Source: a virus. From it: a stretch of 64,000 nucleotides of DNA. The position numbers were made by a program, and so were the translations under genes. The notes under the pieces were generated by a model, which was given only the letters and a program-made list of their open reading frames with translations, was not told the origin of the DNA and did no database searches. The stretch is taken from positions 1 through 64,000 of IMG/VR virus record IMGVR_UViG_3300029651_000001; one strand, 5' to 3'. Every line of letters begins with the position of its first letter. Position 1 is the stretch's first letter. Below, in pieces: positions 8,217-18,899 of the stretch.

Positions 8217-8936
8217 TTACTTAAGTGCGGCCTCGATGCTCGCCCGGATATCGATGGACAAGGTCATGTTGTCCCTCATCCAACGCAAGGATCCTCGGTC
8301 GATGTCCTTGAAGCGCCGGCCTTTGAATTTCTTTCCGACCGGATTGACTTCCAGGATTCGGGGCTTCCTGAGATCCTCAGCCAGCTCCTTCAGGGAACAT
8401 TTGAGTTCCGCAAGGTACGAGAGCAAAAGTTCCCGGCACATCCAGCAGTCGGCGAGAGCGTCGTGGGCATTCTGGCTGTAATCGATTTCCCCTGTGCGCC
8501 TCTTGTCGTAGAGCGTCGTCAGCTGGTAGCTGGGCATCAGAGGTTCCACCCTGTGAGCGACCTGTAGCGTGTCGATCACGTACAGGTTGGGCGGCAGATC
8601 TATGTGCTTACTGATCATCCGGAGGTCAAACTGGGCGTTATGCGCACAGACGATCAGCTCAGCGTCCCGGTCCTGCGCAGCACGGAGGACCGTGGCCCAC
8701 CAACTCTGAACGACGTCTCTGGTCGGCGGAGCGTCCGCGACCTGGTGGTCGTAGATGCCATGGACGTTGGAGGCCCCTTCCGGAATTGGCTTGCCAGGGT
8801 TAGCTAGGCAGACGAAAGAGTCGACATGGAAGTCGTCCTCGTGCTGAACCAGAGATGCCAACTGAATGACTTCGTCGCCATCTTCCGGCTTTACTCCGGT
8901 TGTTTCGGTATCGAATATGGTGAGTAAAATTGCCAT
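8217..8936 (-). CDS. DnaQ-like DEDDh 3'-5' exonuclease with a DUF3820-like C-terminal tail
   Basis: Motifs FDTETTG, HNAQFDLRM and HDALADCWM. The tail has GKKFKGRRFKDI...LRWM. ATG 8936 shares one base with the dut stop. Confidence 0.8.
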   Translation of the reverse strand: MAILLTIFDTETTGVKPEDGDEVIQLASLVQHEDDFHVDSFVCLANPGKPIPEGASNVHGIYDHQVADAPPTRDVVQSWWATVLRAAQDRDAELIVCAHNAQFDLRMISKHIDLPPNLYVIDTLQVAHRVEPLMPSYQLTTLYDKRRTGEIDYSQNAHDALADCWMCRELLLSYLAELKCSLKELAEDLRKPRILEVNPVGKKFKGRRFKDIDRGSLRWMRDNMTLSIDIRASIEAALK

Positions 8937-9412
8937 CACGCCACTCCTGTGTGGCCGAAGCCGCCCGAGCGCTGCGTAGACTCCAGTTCGTCCACGATGT
9001 TCCAGCCAATCTCGATCACGGGGACAACAACCATTTGGCAGATACGCTGCCAAGGCTCGATAGTGATCCGGGTTTCTTCACTCCGATTCCACGCGGAAAC
9101 CAAAACCTCGTCCGTGTAGTCACTGTCGATTAGCCCGACGAGGTTGCCCAGGACAAGCCCCAAGTTACCCAAACCGGATCGAGGCAAGAGGATTGCTGCC
9201 AATCCTGCGTGTGGCAGCTGCATAGCAAAGCCGGTGCGGATCAGAGCTGTCTGCCCCGGAAGTAGGTGCATAGGCTTGTCAATCGCAGCTCTGATATCCA
9301 AGGCCGCGGACCCAGGTGTCGCGTACGTCGGTAAGTACTCCGTCAATTTCTCGTGGAGCACCTTGAGGCTGACGCTGAGCGCGGGGTCTTTCCATTGTTT
9401 TTGGTAGGTCAT
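8936..9412 (-). CDS. dut: dUTP diphosphatase (trimeric dUTPase)
   Basis: Motifs GSAALDIRA, GLIDSDYTDEV and RSGGFGHTG. Confidence 0.9.
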   Translation of the reverse strand: MTYQKQWKDPALSVSLKVLHEKLTEYLPTYATPGSAALDIRAAIDKPMHLLPGQTALIRTGFAMQLPHAGLAAILLPRSGLGNLGLVLGNLVGLIDSDYTDEVLVSAWNRSEETRITIEPWQRICQMVVVPVIEIGWNIVDELESTQRSGGFGHTGVA

Positions 9413-9427
9413 TGTGTCTCCAAAGGG

Positions 9428-12400
9428 TTAAGCAACTTTCAAAAGTTCGAGGTACTTGTCGAAGTCGATCGAATCGAGTTCGAGGCTGACCTCCGGGTCG
9501 TTCGCAGCCAGTGCTATGGGCGAATTGCTCCCGTCGTGGTACCAATAAGTGAGGTCCTTCGTCTCCAGAACCTTCCGCACTGCCGCCACGATTTCATCCG
9601 GTGTCGGGCACCGGCCTACATCCTCCTCTTTCAGGATTTCGATTTGGTCTCCAAAGTTGGGACCCAGGGACGGCGCCGACGGCAGTGGCACACCTAGACC
9701 CTCGACCGGGATCGTCATGATCTCGTAGAGCTCGGTGATGAGAGGGACGGCGACGCTGTGATGGCACGAGACCACCACTTCGTCGTAGATCGTTGCGATC
9801 AGGGAAGCGTCGTACCGCTGCAGGATCTTTCTTACCCACAACTCCTTCAACGTGCGTTTCAGGATGTCTGCGGCCAGGCCTTGAATCTTATAGTTCACGG
9901 CTTGACGGTGCATCCGGCTGACCAGGTCGTCGTTACCGATCAACAGGTTGTTGTAGAAATGTCGCCGGCTGCCGAACAGCGTGGACACGTACCCTTTTGC
10001 CATGAGATCGCCGATCACCTCGCGCCGCCACTCCTCGACGCGCCAGTTCAACGCCTTTTTGGTTCGCAGGTACTCGTCCGCCTCGATGACCGGACACAAG
10101 AGTTGTCGTGCCAGTTTTTCCGCACCAATTCCGTAAATCGAACCAAAGTTGATGTTCTTGGCCTTGCTGCGCAGATCCTTGAACTCCTTCGAACGAGGGT
10201 GCTCCTTGTCCTCCATGGTGTCGCGGAATTCCTCATACGACAGTTTCGCAATCGCCGCCCCCACCGCCGTATGCAGCGACATGGAGTTGTCGCCATCCGG
10301 CCCGTAGACTTTCAGCAGCTCTGGATCCTGGGAAAGTCCCGTCAGCTCTCGAAGTTCCTGTGACGACCAGTCGCAAGAAACGACCAGGTCGTGACCTTTC
10401 TTTCTGTTCGGTAAGATGTTTCTCCTGAACTTGACCCCTTCGCCCTTCTTCGGCCACTGGAACGGGTTCGGATTCGACCCAGACGGCCGGCGGGTGTCCG
10501 TACCTGTGGAGTTGACGCTCGGGTGAATGTTGCCGTCTAGCGGGTGCACCCACAAAGGGTACTTGGCGTAGAACAAGCCTTCCCGAGTCAAACATTCCTT
10601 GACCGTCTTCAAGGCAAGCAGCGCCTCTCGGCGCCAATCGCCTTCCTTGGTGTCCTCGGCGATGGCCATGGCCACGGCATCCTTGTCCGTACCCGGCGCG
10701 CCCGGCAATCCCAAAGCCTTACGTGTGTCGGAGACTTTGAGATTCCGGAGGCGAATCGGCAGCGCCAGCATGCCGTAGAGGAGAGCCACGTTCTGCTTGG
10801 GGGAATTAAGGTTTAGCTCGGAACCCTCCAGCACCCAACGCTCTTCCTCCGGTAGATCTTCTCGCAAGATCTCCTCGGCGTACCAGAGCAGTTCCTGAAC
10901 CTCCAGGTCCTCCTTCTTCTTGCCGGCGGCGCGGCCCAACATCCGCAAGAACTTCTCGTCGCCAGTCTCCTGGTTGTCCAGGATGTACCCGGTGATTGCT
11001 TTCTTTGATGTGGAAGGGATTTCAGGCATACCCAGCACAGCTGCTACCTTGCTGAGGCAAGCACTCGTGAACAGCGCCTTGATAGGTTTTGGTAGGCGTT
11101 TCAGCGGCTGATATGTTGCCATCTCGTAGCAATCCGCCTTGAGCTGTACCAGCGCAGCTGCCAATTCATCCTCGGTTTTGCCGTCTTTGGCCGCCTTTGC
11201 TCTGACCTCCATTGATAGTTCGTCGAACAAGATCTGGGCACCTTTGCCGATTTGCTCAGGGCTGCGGTGCTCTTCCAAGAGCTTTCGCAGCTTGTCCATC
11301 GCCTCGTTCAGCGTCCGCCGATCATCCTCTTGCTGCCGAGCCATTTCTTCGAGGTCGACCGAGATGCCGTCAAGGTATGACTGCGACAACGGATATACCG
11401 CGACGAACTCGTTCTCCCGAACAAAGTCCCAGGTTCCTTCGCATTCCAAAATCAGCCTGGAAAGCTCATATAGATGAGCGGTAACAAAAGGATCGTCCGC
11501 GCCGTAGTCGAAGACATGAGTCGCCGGGTAGTCGCACATCCGTTTACCCTTCTCGACGACGTCCTCGTAGTGTTTCTGATCGTAATCGAACCAGCTCTTG
11601 GTCAGATCCTTGAGACCGTGCCAGTCGTTCTCGTCGACATGACTGGCCATTATCTTGGTGTCGTGCAGGTTCGGGATGTCGAATCCGAGCTCGTTGAGGA
11701 CAACCGTACGCTCGAAGTAGCAGTTGTGCGCTACGATCGGCTTTTCCTTTGCAGCTCTCAGCAGGCCGACCAACTCCTCCTTCGGCAGGTTGGGTGTGTC
11801 CCTATGGTCAAACGAAGCGTAGATCGTGTATTCCAGGTTGTTCCCGAACGTGAAGCCGGCGCCGGCAACCCGATGTGACAGCATGTCGACGTATTCGCTT
11901 TGCGCGGCCTTGGCTTTATTGAAGGCTTCGTGCTGGACGTAATCCGAGGACTCGATGTCGAAGGCGACATAGGCGGACTCGTCCATCGCCTTGAGGATGT
12001 CCTCCTTCATGTCGGAATAATTACTGGCGTCGACCAGAATCTTGACCGGAGTCAGGTGTTGTAGCTTGCTGATTAAGTGAGAGCATCCGGTGTCGAGCAG
12101 GAGTTTGCGCAACTTCTGCTCGTCCGGCAGCCTTTTATGCCACTTGATTCGCTGGAACTTGGTCCCGTAGAACGCGTCCACCAAGTTGGGGTTGATGTTC
12201 GCAAGGTGCCAGCTATTGATCCACTCGTTCCGCTGCTCCCAAAGTTTCTCGAGCAGCTTGTGTTCTCCAGGCTCGTGTTTCAAGGCGTCACGAATCAATG
12301 GGAAGTCGCCGGATGCGATATCCTCCTTGATCTTTCGGAGACCGTCTTCCCCGTAGGCTTCCAACAGTTCCGGCCACTTAGCCGGGCCGAAACCTTTTAC

Positions 12401-13012
12401 ACCGACGTAGCCGTCCGAGGAGTCTCCAACCAAGCTCTTGTAGAGGGCCACGAACTCGGGGGTGACGATGTTTTGTCTCTTCTCTTTGACGCCTGCGATG
12501 GTTGCGTCATATTTGTGACAGTAATGAGGGGCAGGTTCCCCTCTCTGAAATACAAGGCATTGTTCCGATACTAGTTGGATAAGGTCGGCGTCCACGGTGT
12601 GGATGATTTTGCTGCCCTGCAACTTCTGAACCAGGTACCCAATCACGTCATCGGCCTCAACCCCGTCGACGTGAACCTGGACCACGCCCATGGTGTCCAG
12701 GAATTCATAGATAATCTGTTGAGCTTGGTTCAGGTTTTCCTTCACCTCCGGCAAGGGCTCTTGCCGTCCGGCCTTGTACTCAGGAAAAAGTGCTTTCCGG
12801 TAAACATTACCGGCATCCTTGACCGCAATAATGTCGTTAAGCCGAATACTCTCCGTAATCGGCAAGAAATAGCGGGTAATGAAATTTTCGAGAGCGAACC
12901 CTGGTGTGTTGAGTTTCGTCCCGTCCGACGCCTTGCTTGCGTCAGGGTCCGTGCCAGAGTGGTAGGCATGCAGGATCAAACCCCGAATATCGAGGATAGC
13001 TCGTAAAGTCAT
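9428..13012 (-). CDS. polA: Family A DNA polymerase with N-terminal 5'-3' exonuclease and 3'-5' exonuclease regions
   Basis: FEN-like N-terminus, exo motif FDIESSD, and palm motifs DWSSQELR, KNINFGSIYG and YDEVVV. 1194 aa. Confidence 0.9.
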   Translation of the reverse strand: MTLRAILDIRGLILHAYHSGTDPDASKASDGTKLNTPGFALENFITRYFLPITESIRLNDIIAVKDAGNVYRKALFPEYKAGRQEPLPEVKENLNQAQQIIYEFLDTMGVVQVHVDGVEADDVIGYLVQKLQGSKIIHTVDADLIQLVSEQCLVFQRGEPAPHYCHKYDATIAGVKEKRQNIVTPEFVALYKSLVGDSSDGYVGVKGFGPAKWPELLEAYGEDGLRKIKEDIASGDFPLIRDALKHEPGEHKLLEKLWEQRNEWINSWHLANINPNLVDAFYGTKFQRIKWHKRLPDEQKLRKLLLDTGCSHLISKLQHLTPVKILVDASNYSDMKEDILKAMDESAYVAFDIESSDYVQHEAFNKAKAAQSEYVDMLSHRVAGAGFTFGNNLEYTIYASFDHRDTPNLPKEELVGLLRAAKEKPIVAHNCYFERTVVLNELGFDIPNLHDTKIMASHVDENDWHGLKDLTKSWFDYDQKHYEDVVEKGKRMCDYPATHVFDYGADDPFVTAHLYELSRLILECEGTWDFVRENEFVAVYPLSQSYLDGISVDLEEMARQQEDDRRTLNEAMDKLRKLLEEHRSPEQIGKGAQILFDELSMEVRAKAAKDGKTEDELAAALVQLKADCYEMATYQPLKRLPKPIKALFTSACLSKVAAVLGMPEIPSTSKKAITGYILDNQETGDEKFLRMLGRAAGKKKEDLEVQELLWYAEEILREDLPEEERWVLEGSELNLNSPKQNVALLYGMLALPIRLRNLKVSDTRKALGLPGAPGTDKDAVAMAIAEDTKEGDWRREALLALKTVKECLTREGLFYAKYPLWVHPLDGNIHPSVNSTGTDTRRPSGSNPNPFQWPKKGEGVKFRRNILPNRKKGHDLVVSCDWSSQELRELTGLSQDPELLKVYGPDGDNSMSLHTAVGAAIAKLSYEEFRDTMEDKEHPRSKEFKDLRSKAKNINFGSIYGIGAEKLARQLLCPVIEADEYLRTKKALNWRVEEWRREVIGDLMAKGYVSTLFGSRRHFYNNLLIGNDDLVSRMHRQAVNYKIQGLAADILKRTLKELWVRKILQRYDASLIATIYDEVVVSCHHSVAVPLITELYEIMTIPVEGLGVPLPSAPSLGPNFGDQIEILKEEDVGRCPTPDEIVAAVRKVLETKDLTYWYHDGSNSPIALAANDPEVSLELDSIDFDKYLELLKVA

Positions 13013-13038
13013 AAGGCCTCCAAAGGTCTAAAACAGAA

Positions 13039-13063
13039 CGGCCGGCGTGTGCTGCGCCGGCCG
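13039..13063 (-). terminator. Intergenic stem-loop, conserved CAGCACA-loop class
   Basis: + strand reads CGGCCGGCG TGTGCTG CGCCGGCCG (9-bp stem). It lies between the stop at 13075 and the polA leader. Confidence 0.65.
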
Positions 13064-13074
13064 TCCGACTTATC

Positions 13075-13797
13075 TCAAGCTTTAGAGAAAGCCCAGGGGT
13101 AGAAAGGTTGTACGGCTTTCGTCACCTGTTCGCCGCAATATACTCGGACCATTTGCGTCGAGAGATGCTGACCCTGCAACCGCACCTGACAGGTGTAGAG
13201 GAAACCGGCGAGACGCCCAACGGAGGTTGGGGCTATCGACAGCATCCGGAACTCTCCGTCGTACGGCTCGCCAGGGGCATGCATCTCGACCAGGGCTTCC
13301 AGATACTTTTTCTGTTCCCATGTCTTGCCTTGCGCCTTCCAGCGTACGATCACATCGTCGATTTTTTCGCCGCGGGTCGAGATTATCTGATCATAGCTGT
13401 ATGCGATGTCGGCCTTGTTATCCATCACTTTCCCTTGCAAGAGGCCACGATAGACGAACTTCTCCTTCGTCTGGTGAATCCGGCAATGGAACTCGGTACC
13501 GTACTTGGTGCCGTCACTGTCTTCAAACTGGCCGTTCGTCTTTAGCGAGATAACCGGGAAGGATGTGAAGTCGAACTCCAGGCCCTCGTACCCTTGCTGG
13601 GCCAGATTTTCGGCAGACATCGAGCCTGAGTTGGCCGGCGCCGGCAAGGTGTTGCTCACCGTCTGTACGGCTGGCACAGCTTGATCCAGGTCTTGGGTCT
13701 CAGTAGCAGGGATGTACTGGGCTTCGGCCGGGGCCTGATCGACGTCCGGCTGGGTGGGTTGAGAGAGAGGTTGTACGGCGTGTCTTCTTAAGCTCAT
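13075..13797 (-). CDS. Hypothetical protein (240 aa) within the replication module
   Basis: ATG 13797 lies 7 nt after the GGAG of the leader motif. Disordered Q/P-rich N-terminus followed by a globular C-terminal part. An SSB or annealing role is only a positional guess. Confidence 0.6.
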   Translation of the reverse strand: MSLRRHAVQPLSQPTQPDVDQAPAEAQYIPATETQDLDQAVPAVQTVSNTLPAPANSGSMSAENLAQQGYEGLEFDFTSFPVISLKTNGQFEDSDGTKYGTEFHCRIHQTKEKFVYRGLLQGKVMDNKADIAYSYDQIISTRGEKIDDVIVRWKAQGKTWEQKKYLEALVEMHAPGEPYDGEFRMLSIAPTSVGRLAGFLYTCQVRLQGQHLSTQMVRVYCGEQVTKAVQPFYPWAFSKA

Positions 13798-13863
13798 ATG
13801 CGTCTCCAAAGGTTATGTCAGTGTCAGTGTCAGCGTCAATTTCACAGCTTTGCCCGAGCTGAC

Positions 13864-13885
13864 GTCGGGCGCGGTGCTGCGCGAC
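13864..13885 (-). terminator. Intergenic stem-loop, CAGCAC-loop variant
   Basis: + strand reads GTCG(GG)CGC GGTGCT GCGCGAC. The stem is bulged and the loop variant in transcript sense is AGCACC. Confidence 0.4.
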
Positions 13886-13933
13886 CGAAACTCGGTTAAC
13901 GGAAAGGCAGGCTAGTGTTAGGTTTCAGGTTTG

Positions 13934-15505
13934 TCAATCTAAGCTCCCCCTCAACCCTTCTTCCCCCAGCAGATCGGCCAACAAGGTTCGTTTGTCCCGG
14001 ACGACGCTGTTGGCTTGGGAGTCTCGACGGGTCAGATCGTTCCTCAACTTCACGGCGATCGTCTTCAGTGCGACCAGGATGTAAATGTTCACCGATTCAG
14101 CTTGTTGTCCTGTCCGGTGTAGCCGATCGATCGACTGCTGGAACACGCCGGGGATCGGGCAGACCTCGGCGTAGATCACGTGGGAACAAACGTGCTGAAA
14201 ACCGTCCACCCCAACGCCGCCCGAGCGAGGCTGAGCTACGATCAACCGGCACGTCGGGTCCTTGATAAACTTCTGCTTCTCATTCTCTCGTTCTTGTCCG
14301 GAGACTCCACCATACAACACAGCAGGGTTGAGCCTCTTGAAGTGGTCCAGTAGCTTCTCTACCGAATGTCTGTACCATGCGTAGATCAGGATCTTGTGCG
14401 CCCCTATCGACTTCACCAGCTCGTCCAAGGTGTCCAGCAGGTGGTTCTCCGCCGGCGGCCGGTCGGTATAGCGTTCTGGGGTCATCAATATCTGCTGCAT
14501 GATTTGGTAACAGGCTGAGGCGGACGTTGCATCGATCACTGACCCATCCTCGAACTCCAGAATCCGCTCGTCGACCAGCTTCTTGTACAGCCGCATATGG
14601 CTTTCGGAAAGCTCGATCGGGACCTCGGAGATGATACGGGGCGGGAGATCCGATACGTCCTTTTTGAGGACTCTGCGGCCGACGCTGTAAAGTCCTTGAT
14701 ACAAGTAGTCCTCGTTCATGTACCCGACAGTCTTCATAAATCCGCCCACGTCTGCCTGGATGCAGTGAACACGGTCGAAAGCCTTCTTGCTCCCATACCT
14801 CAAGGGGTTGAGAATGGCAATCAGACCGTAGGCGTCTTCCAGGGTATTCTCTATAGGCGTTCCGGTCATCAAAATGACGCCGTTAGATTCTTCACCATAT
14901 TTGCCGGCGAAGCACTTCACAGCATTGTGAATCTGGGTCCCCGCGGTTTTGACCGCGGTCGCCTCGTCGACGATCACGCATGTGTACCCCCTTGCAAGAA
15001 GAGTCCGCCAGGTGAACGTCTTAGCATCGAATCCTGGTTCAGAGATACCTTTGTCGCCCACAAACATCCGGTAGGACATTACCAAGACATCCGGCCAACC
15101 CTGGGCCTCCCACTGCTGGATCAAGGCGTCCCGGTCCGTTGGTTTACCGGCGAACCTCTCAACGGTGATGTGCTGCTCGATGTCTGGGAACATCATACGG
15201 AATGACGCCAGGAACTGAGGTGTTAGGAGCGGCGGCATGACGACCACCACCTTGTTTCCATACCCGATCAACCACGTTGCATACGCTTGCGCCGGGAATG
15301 TCTTGCCAGTTCCAGGCTCCGAGAAATCCCCCGACCGGACATGCATCCCATAATGGTTCAGCGTCTCTACCTGGTGGTAAAACGGCTCTTCTGCTAACCC
15401 CAGTTTCCACATCCATTTTTGCGGTACTGGGCAGTTCGCCGCGGCGAGAAATTCACCCAGCGTTCTGGGCTTGGGCTGTTGTTTCGTGGCTAGTGCTGTA
15501 GCCAT
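13934..15505 (-). CDS. SNF2/Rad54-family DNA helicase
   Basis: Motifs GTGKTF, VIVDEATAVK, MTGTPIEN and, in the C-terminal helicase domain, QSIDRLHRTGQ. Confidence 0.85.
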   Translation of the reverse strand: MATALATKQQPKPRTLGEFLAAANCPVPQKWMWKLGLAEEPFYHQVETLNHYGMHVRSGDFSEPGTGKTFPAQAYATWLIGYGNKVVVVMPPLLTPQFLASFRMMFPDIEQHITVERFAGKPTDRDALIQQWEAQGWPDVLVMSYRMFVGDKGISEPGFDAKTFTWRTLLARGYTCVIVDEATAVKTAGTQIHNAVKCFAGKYGEESNGVILMTGTPIENTLEDAYGLIAILNPLRYGSKKAFDRVHCIQADVGGFMKTVGYMNEDYLYQGLYSVGRRVLKKDVSDLPPRIISEVPIELSESHMRLYKKLVDERILEFEDGSVIDATSASACYQIMQQILMTPERYTDRPPAENHLLDTLDELVKSIGAHKILIYAWYRHSVEKLLDHFKRLNPAVLYGGVSGQERENEKQKFIKDPTCRLIVAQPRSGGVGVDGFQHVCSHVIYAEVCPIPGVFQQSIDRLHRTGQQAESVNIYILVALKTIAVKLRNDLTRRDSQANSVVRDKRTLLADLLGEEGLRGSLD

Positions 15506-15509
15506 TCAC

Positions 15510-18353
15510 TTACTCCTTAAAGCCGGACACGTCGATTCCTTTCCGACGCATCTCGGACAAGAACAAACCTAGCCACGGATTCCCGTCCGAGGCCCCGGGT
15601 ACAGGCCCGTAGGTCTTGAAATAAGGCTGGGACTTGCACACCTGCAAGAGATGTTGTGCATCGACTATCTCAGGCGTCTGGTTGACCGACCGCTTGTATC
15701 TCAGATACTCCAGGATGGCCAGGTTCAGCCGCAGATAAAGGCTGTCGCCCATCACGACGTAATGCTTGCCTTGGGAGAGGCGATTGGCAGACATCTGATC
15801 CTGAAGGGCCAGGATGTTGAAAGCTTCGAGGACGTTGTCAGCTTCCCGACGGTCTCGGCGTTGCTCGATATTGCATTGGTCCTCGTTGATGTGGTCGAGG
15901 TATTGTTCCTTGAGTCGGAAAATCCTTGCTTCCTCTTCTGGGAACCCTTTCTCGGCGAATAGGTCAGCCAACCAATTCAGCCCCAAGATCACCGTACCGT
16001 AGTTGGTTCGGCTGCGTGACTCCTCCAGCCAGCTCGGCACTTCGTTCATGGATTTCTCGTAGAACTGCTCGAACTCTGCCTGATCAACGAACAGGTTTTT
16101 CCTTACAAGCGTGGCATAGATCCGTTTCACTTGTTCCCGTTGGTTCGGGCGCTGCAGCAACTTGAAGTTCTTCCCATATAGCTTGTGCGCGTCCTTGCTG
16201 ACATGTACCTCCAAGCTTCTGGATACGAGCTCGTTCGACCCGGCGGCCGTGCCGCTTAGCTGGTTGACACACATCCAAATCACTGGCGTTTGAGCTTTGG
16301 TCTGGATCACGTCTGGACTAGTGATCCCGCTGCTGTCCCGTGATACTGTTCCTTGCTGCCAGAAACCTCCCTGGTAAGCCGCCTTCAAGGCCGTCACGAT
16401 ACTGTTCCAGCGGTGTTTATCCAGGTTGGCGTAGTTGACTTCATCCAGGGTGGTCGGAATGCTGGAATTGACCGACACGGTGTTACGCAAAGCGTAGGGC
16501 GTGACGCCTGGCGCTTGCAGCGTTCCTTCGGAGAAGTCGGCGCCGGCCAGCAAGGAGTAGGCTGTCGCTGACGCCGTCTTGCCTTCACCGGGGTTGCCCC
16601 AGATGTTCAGCAAGGGGAACTCCCGGTTGATCTTCATCATCCGCGGCCGAAGGGTGGCCGCTACGTTCCACCCAATGAACTGTGCTGCAATGTGCGGGAA
16701 ATTGCCTTCACACAAGAGCCTCACGGTCTCCTTGATCAACTCGACGTGAGGGTCCCTTTGGCCGATTACCGGAACCCCTTTGATCCGGGTCACCATTTGG
16801 CCGGGCCCCTCCTTGCCAGAGTACCGGAGGTAATCACTAACCTCCATGTCGTTGAGGCTCCAGTCGGGTTCTACGTAATACCAAATCTCCTTATTGCGTT
16901 CTGGATCGATATGGGCTTGCAGCCCTAGTGTTTTTGTCTTCATGATCACTTCTATGTTTTCAGATTGATTCAGCCATTTACTTTTAACCATTGCGCCGAT
17001 GTCGGAGAGTTCAGCTTCCGTGCCTCTCCAGGTTTGTGACCAGTCGCCGATCACTTCCTTGAAGCCCTTGGCTGACGCAAAAATCCTGGAAGGGAGGGTC
17101 AGCTTCCCCATCAAACTGCCGTCCTTCATGACGTCGACATCGATCGACTCGATGGCCTTGTTCATAGGGTCCGCACAGGTATCCACGTCTCGGTGAACCG
17201 CTGTCAGCCGAAACGTGATAGGCAGCACGATGTAATCGTCCCCTTTCGGTACCCGCCGCACGTACCCGCCCGGAGTCTCGTCCACCAGGTACCGGAACTC
17301 CGTGGTCTCTGCGGAGCGGATGACTGGACAGCCTTGGCAAGGGTTTCCCTCGAGTAGGGAGTTGATTGCCCGGCAAGCGAACCTGATTGAATGCTCTCCG
17401 GCGTATTCTGTTCGATCATGAACGTCCTTCTTGCGAGCACTTTGAGACGGGAACCGCCTCGATGTGTGATTCTTGCTGATTTCTTCGACCAGCCATTCTC
17501 GATCATGGTCGGACATCTCAACGTGTGCCAGATACGCTGCCATCTGCAGCGCTTTCTGGTTCCAATGAACATCCTTTCGAACCTTCTCACCTCCTTCCGC
17601 AAGCCATTGCACGCACAGAGGATGGTTATCGTTCCCAAACTTCTTGAGTGCTTCATCCGGGACAGGCTTGTGTTTCCTAGCCGCTGCTACATACTGCGCG
17701 TCCTTCTTCGCGTCGATGTACATCTGCGTTAGGATCGCAGGTGTCGGGAACCCTTTCTCTAACTTTGGAGTCTTGACGGTCCTGGGCGCCGAGACATACT
17801 GCAGGTATTTCTCGACGGTGATGGTTTCCACTTCCTCCAGATTTAGCGGCACCTTGTACCTGCCGTCCGGTCGAGGTTTATTCTCGACTCGCAACATGCC
17901 TCCCCGCTTACCGAAGTAGGGCTTCATGTCGAGTTCGGCTATGCCGGCGCGTTCCGCCAACTGGATAGCCATCTGTCGGTAAATGAGCGGTAATCGTTTG
18001 ACTGCCTGTCCTCCCCCGAACAGCTCGGCCGGAACCTGAACATGAAAGCCCTTTGATCCGGACGCGAAATAGTGCAGGTACCTTAGGTCTGCCACTCCCA
18101 CGCTTTTGAAGGCGTTCATGAGGGAGTGGAGATCTTGAATCGACTGCTCCAGACTGCCCGCGTCAAGGTCGAACCAAAGATCTCCTCGATACGAGACGTC
18201 GTCCCAGTCTTCTGCGTCCGTTTCCGATACGGACAGAACCGTCATGTGACACGCCGAGTCAGCCCGGATTTTCTCGACGTCCTCTTCCCTGGCCGTCAGC
18301 CATGTTTCGTGCGAACCTTTTTGATCCGCGTTTCTTTGATAGAACCTGTACAT
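15510..18353 (-). CDS. Primase-helicase (AEP primase-polymerase domain plus P-loop helicase domain)
   Basis: AEP motifs WFDLDAG and SGSKGFHVQVP. Walker A GNPGEGKT in the C-terminal half. 947 aa. Confidence 0.8.
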   Translation of the reverse strand: MYRFYQRNADQKGSHETWLTAREEDVEKIRADSACHMTVLSVSETDAEDWDDVSYRGDLWFDLDAGSLEQSIQDLHSLMNAFKSVGVADLRYLHYFASGSKGFHVQVPAELFGGGQAVKRLPLIYRQMAIQLAERAGIAELDMKPYFGKRGGMLRVENKPRPDGRYKVPLNLEEVETITVEKYLQYVSAPRTVKTPKLEKGFPTPAILTQMYIDAKKDAQYVAAARKHKPVPDEALKKFGNDNHPLCVQWLAEGGEKVRKDVHWNQKALQMAAYLAHVEMSDHDREWLVEEISKNHTSRRFPSQSARKKDVHDRTEYAGEHSIRFACRAINSLLEGNPCQGCPVIRSAETTEFRYLVDETPGGYVRRVPKGDDYIVLPITFRLTAVHRDVDTCADPMNKAIESIDVDVMKDGSLMGKLTLPSRIFASAKGFKEVIGDWSQTWRGTEAELSDIGAMVKSKWLNQSENIEVIMKTKTLGLQAHIDPERNKEIWYYVEPDWSLNDMEVSDYLRYSGKEGPGQMVTRIKGVPVIGQRDPHVELIKETVRLLCEGNFPHIAAQFIGWNVAATLRPRMMKINREFPLLNIWGNPGEGKTASATAYSLLAGADFSEGTLQAPGVTPYALRNTVSVNSSIPTTLDEVNYANLDKHRWNSIVTALKAAYQGGFWQQGTVSRDSSGITSPDVIQTKAQTPVIWMCVNQLSGTAAGSNELVSRSLEVHVSKDAHKLYGKNFKLLQRPNQREQVKRIYATLVRKNLFVDQAEFEQFYEKSMNEVPSWLEESRSRTNYGTVILGLNWLADLFAEKGFPEEEARIFRLKEQYLDHINEDQCNIEQRRDRREADNVLEAFNILALQDQMSANRLSQGKHYVVMGDSLYLRLNLAILEYLRYKRSVNQTPEIVDAQHLLQVCKSQPYFKTYGPVPGASDGNPWLGLFLSEMRRKGIDVSGFKE

Positions 18354-18421
18354 CGCTCACCCCAACTAATCTCGAACCCGCGTCCACTGCGGCTACTACT
18401 GATCCTGCCCTACCTGACCCA

Positions 18422-18835
18422 TTACGTTAGGTGAGGGAACTTCCGTCGGAGATAACTCAAGTGATGTACGCGGTACCCGAAAGGCATGTGCAGAGTGAAT
18501 ACGGGGCGTAAACCGTAATCGCTGTTGACCAATTGGAAGGGGGGAATGATGTCGATGATCAGCTTGTCGTCCAGCTGTACGGGTCTGCCACTGACGCCGT
18601 CATACCAGTGACCGGAGCGATCCTTTATGGTGAAACGTAAGTCTGGGTCCCGCAAATCCCAGTCCGTCAGTTCGAAATACTGCAGGACTTCCAGGGCGGG
18701 CGGTCGGTTGGTGGTGAGTGCGAAGATCGCGCCTCGGTTGAGGGCAATTCTGACGGTCTTCTTTAGGGGCAATGGTTTCAATTGGCCACGGATCACAGGC
18801 GAGTCCATAGGCCTGACCTTCTCGGCTCTCAACAT
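18422..18835 (-). CDS. Hypothetical protein (137 aa)
   Basis: ATG 18835 lies 7 nt after the GGAG of the leader motif at 18841. Confidence 0.6.
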   Translation of the reverse strand: MLRAEKVRPMDSPVIRGQLKPLPLKKTVRIALNRGAIFALTTNRPPALEVLQYFELTDWDLRDPDLRFTIKDRSGHWYDGVSGRPVQLDDKLIIDIIPPFQLVNSDYGLRPVFTLHMPFGYRVHHLSYLRRKFPHLT

Positions 18836-18866
18836 AGATATCTCCAAAGGGGGTTTCCGGTGTCCG

Positions 18867-18883
18867 GCAAGTGTGCTGCTTGC
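18867..18883 (-). terminator. Intergenic stem-loop, conserved CAGCACA-loop class (first of a tandem pair)
   Basis: + strand reads GCAAG TGTGCTG CTTGC. Confidence 0.5.
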
Positions 18884-18899
18884 GCGGGAACCAAAGTGC

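Noticed and set aside
13817-13838. Short tandem hexamer run GTCAGT GTCAGT GTCAGC GTCA upstream of 13075..13797.
   Set aside because: Only about 3.5 units. It is probably slippage or chance, and its overlap with the CAGCGTCA arm motif is noted, but it is too short to interpret.
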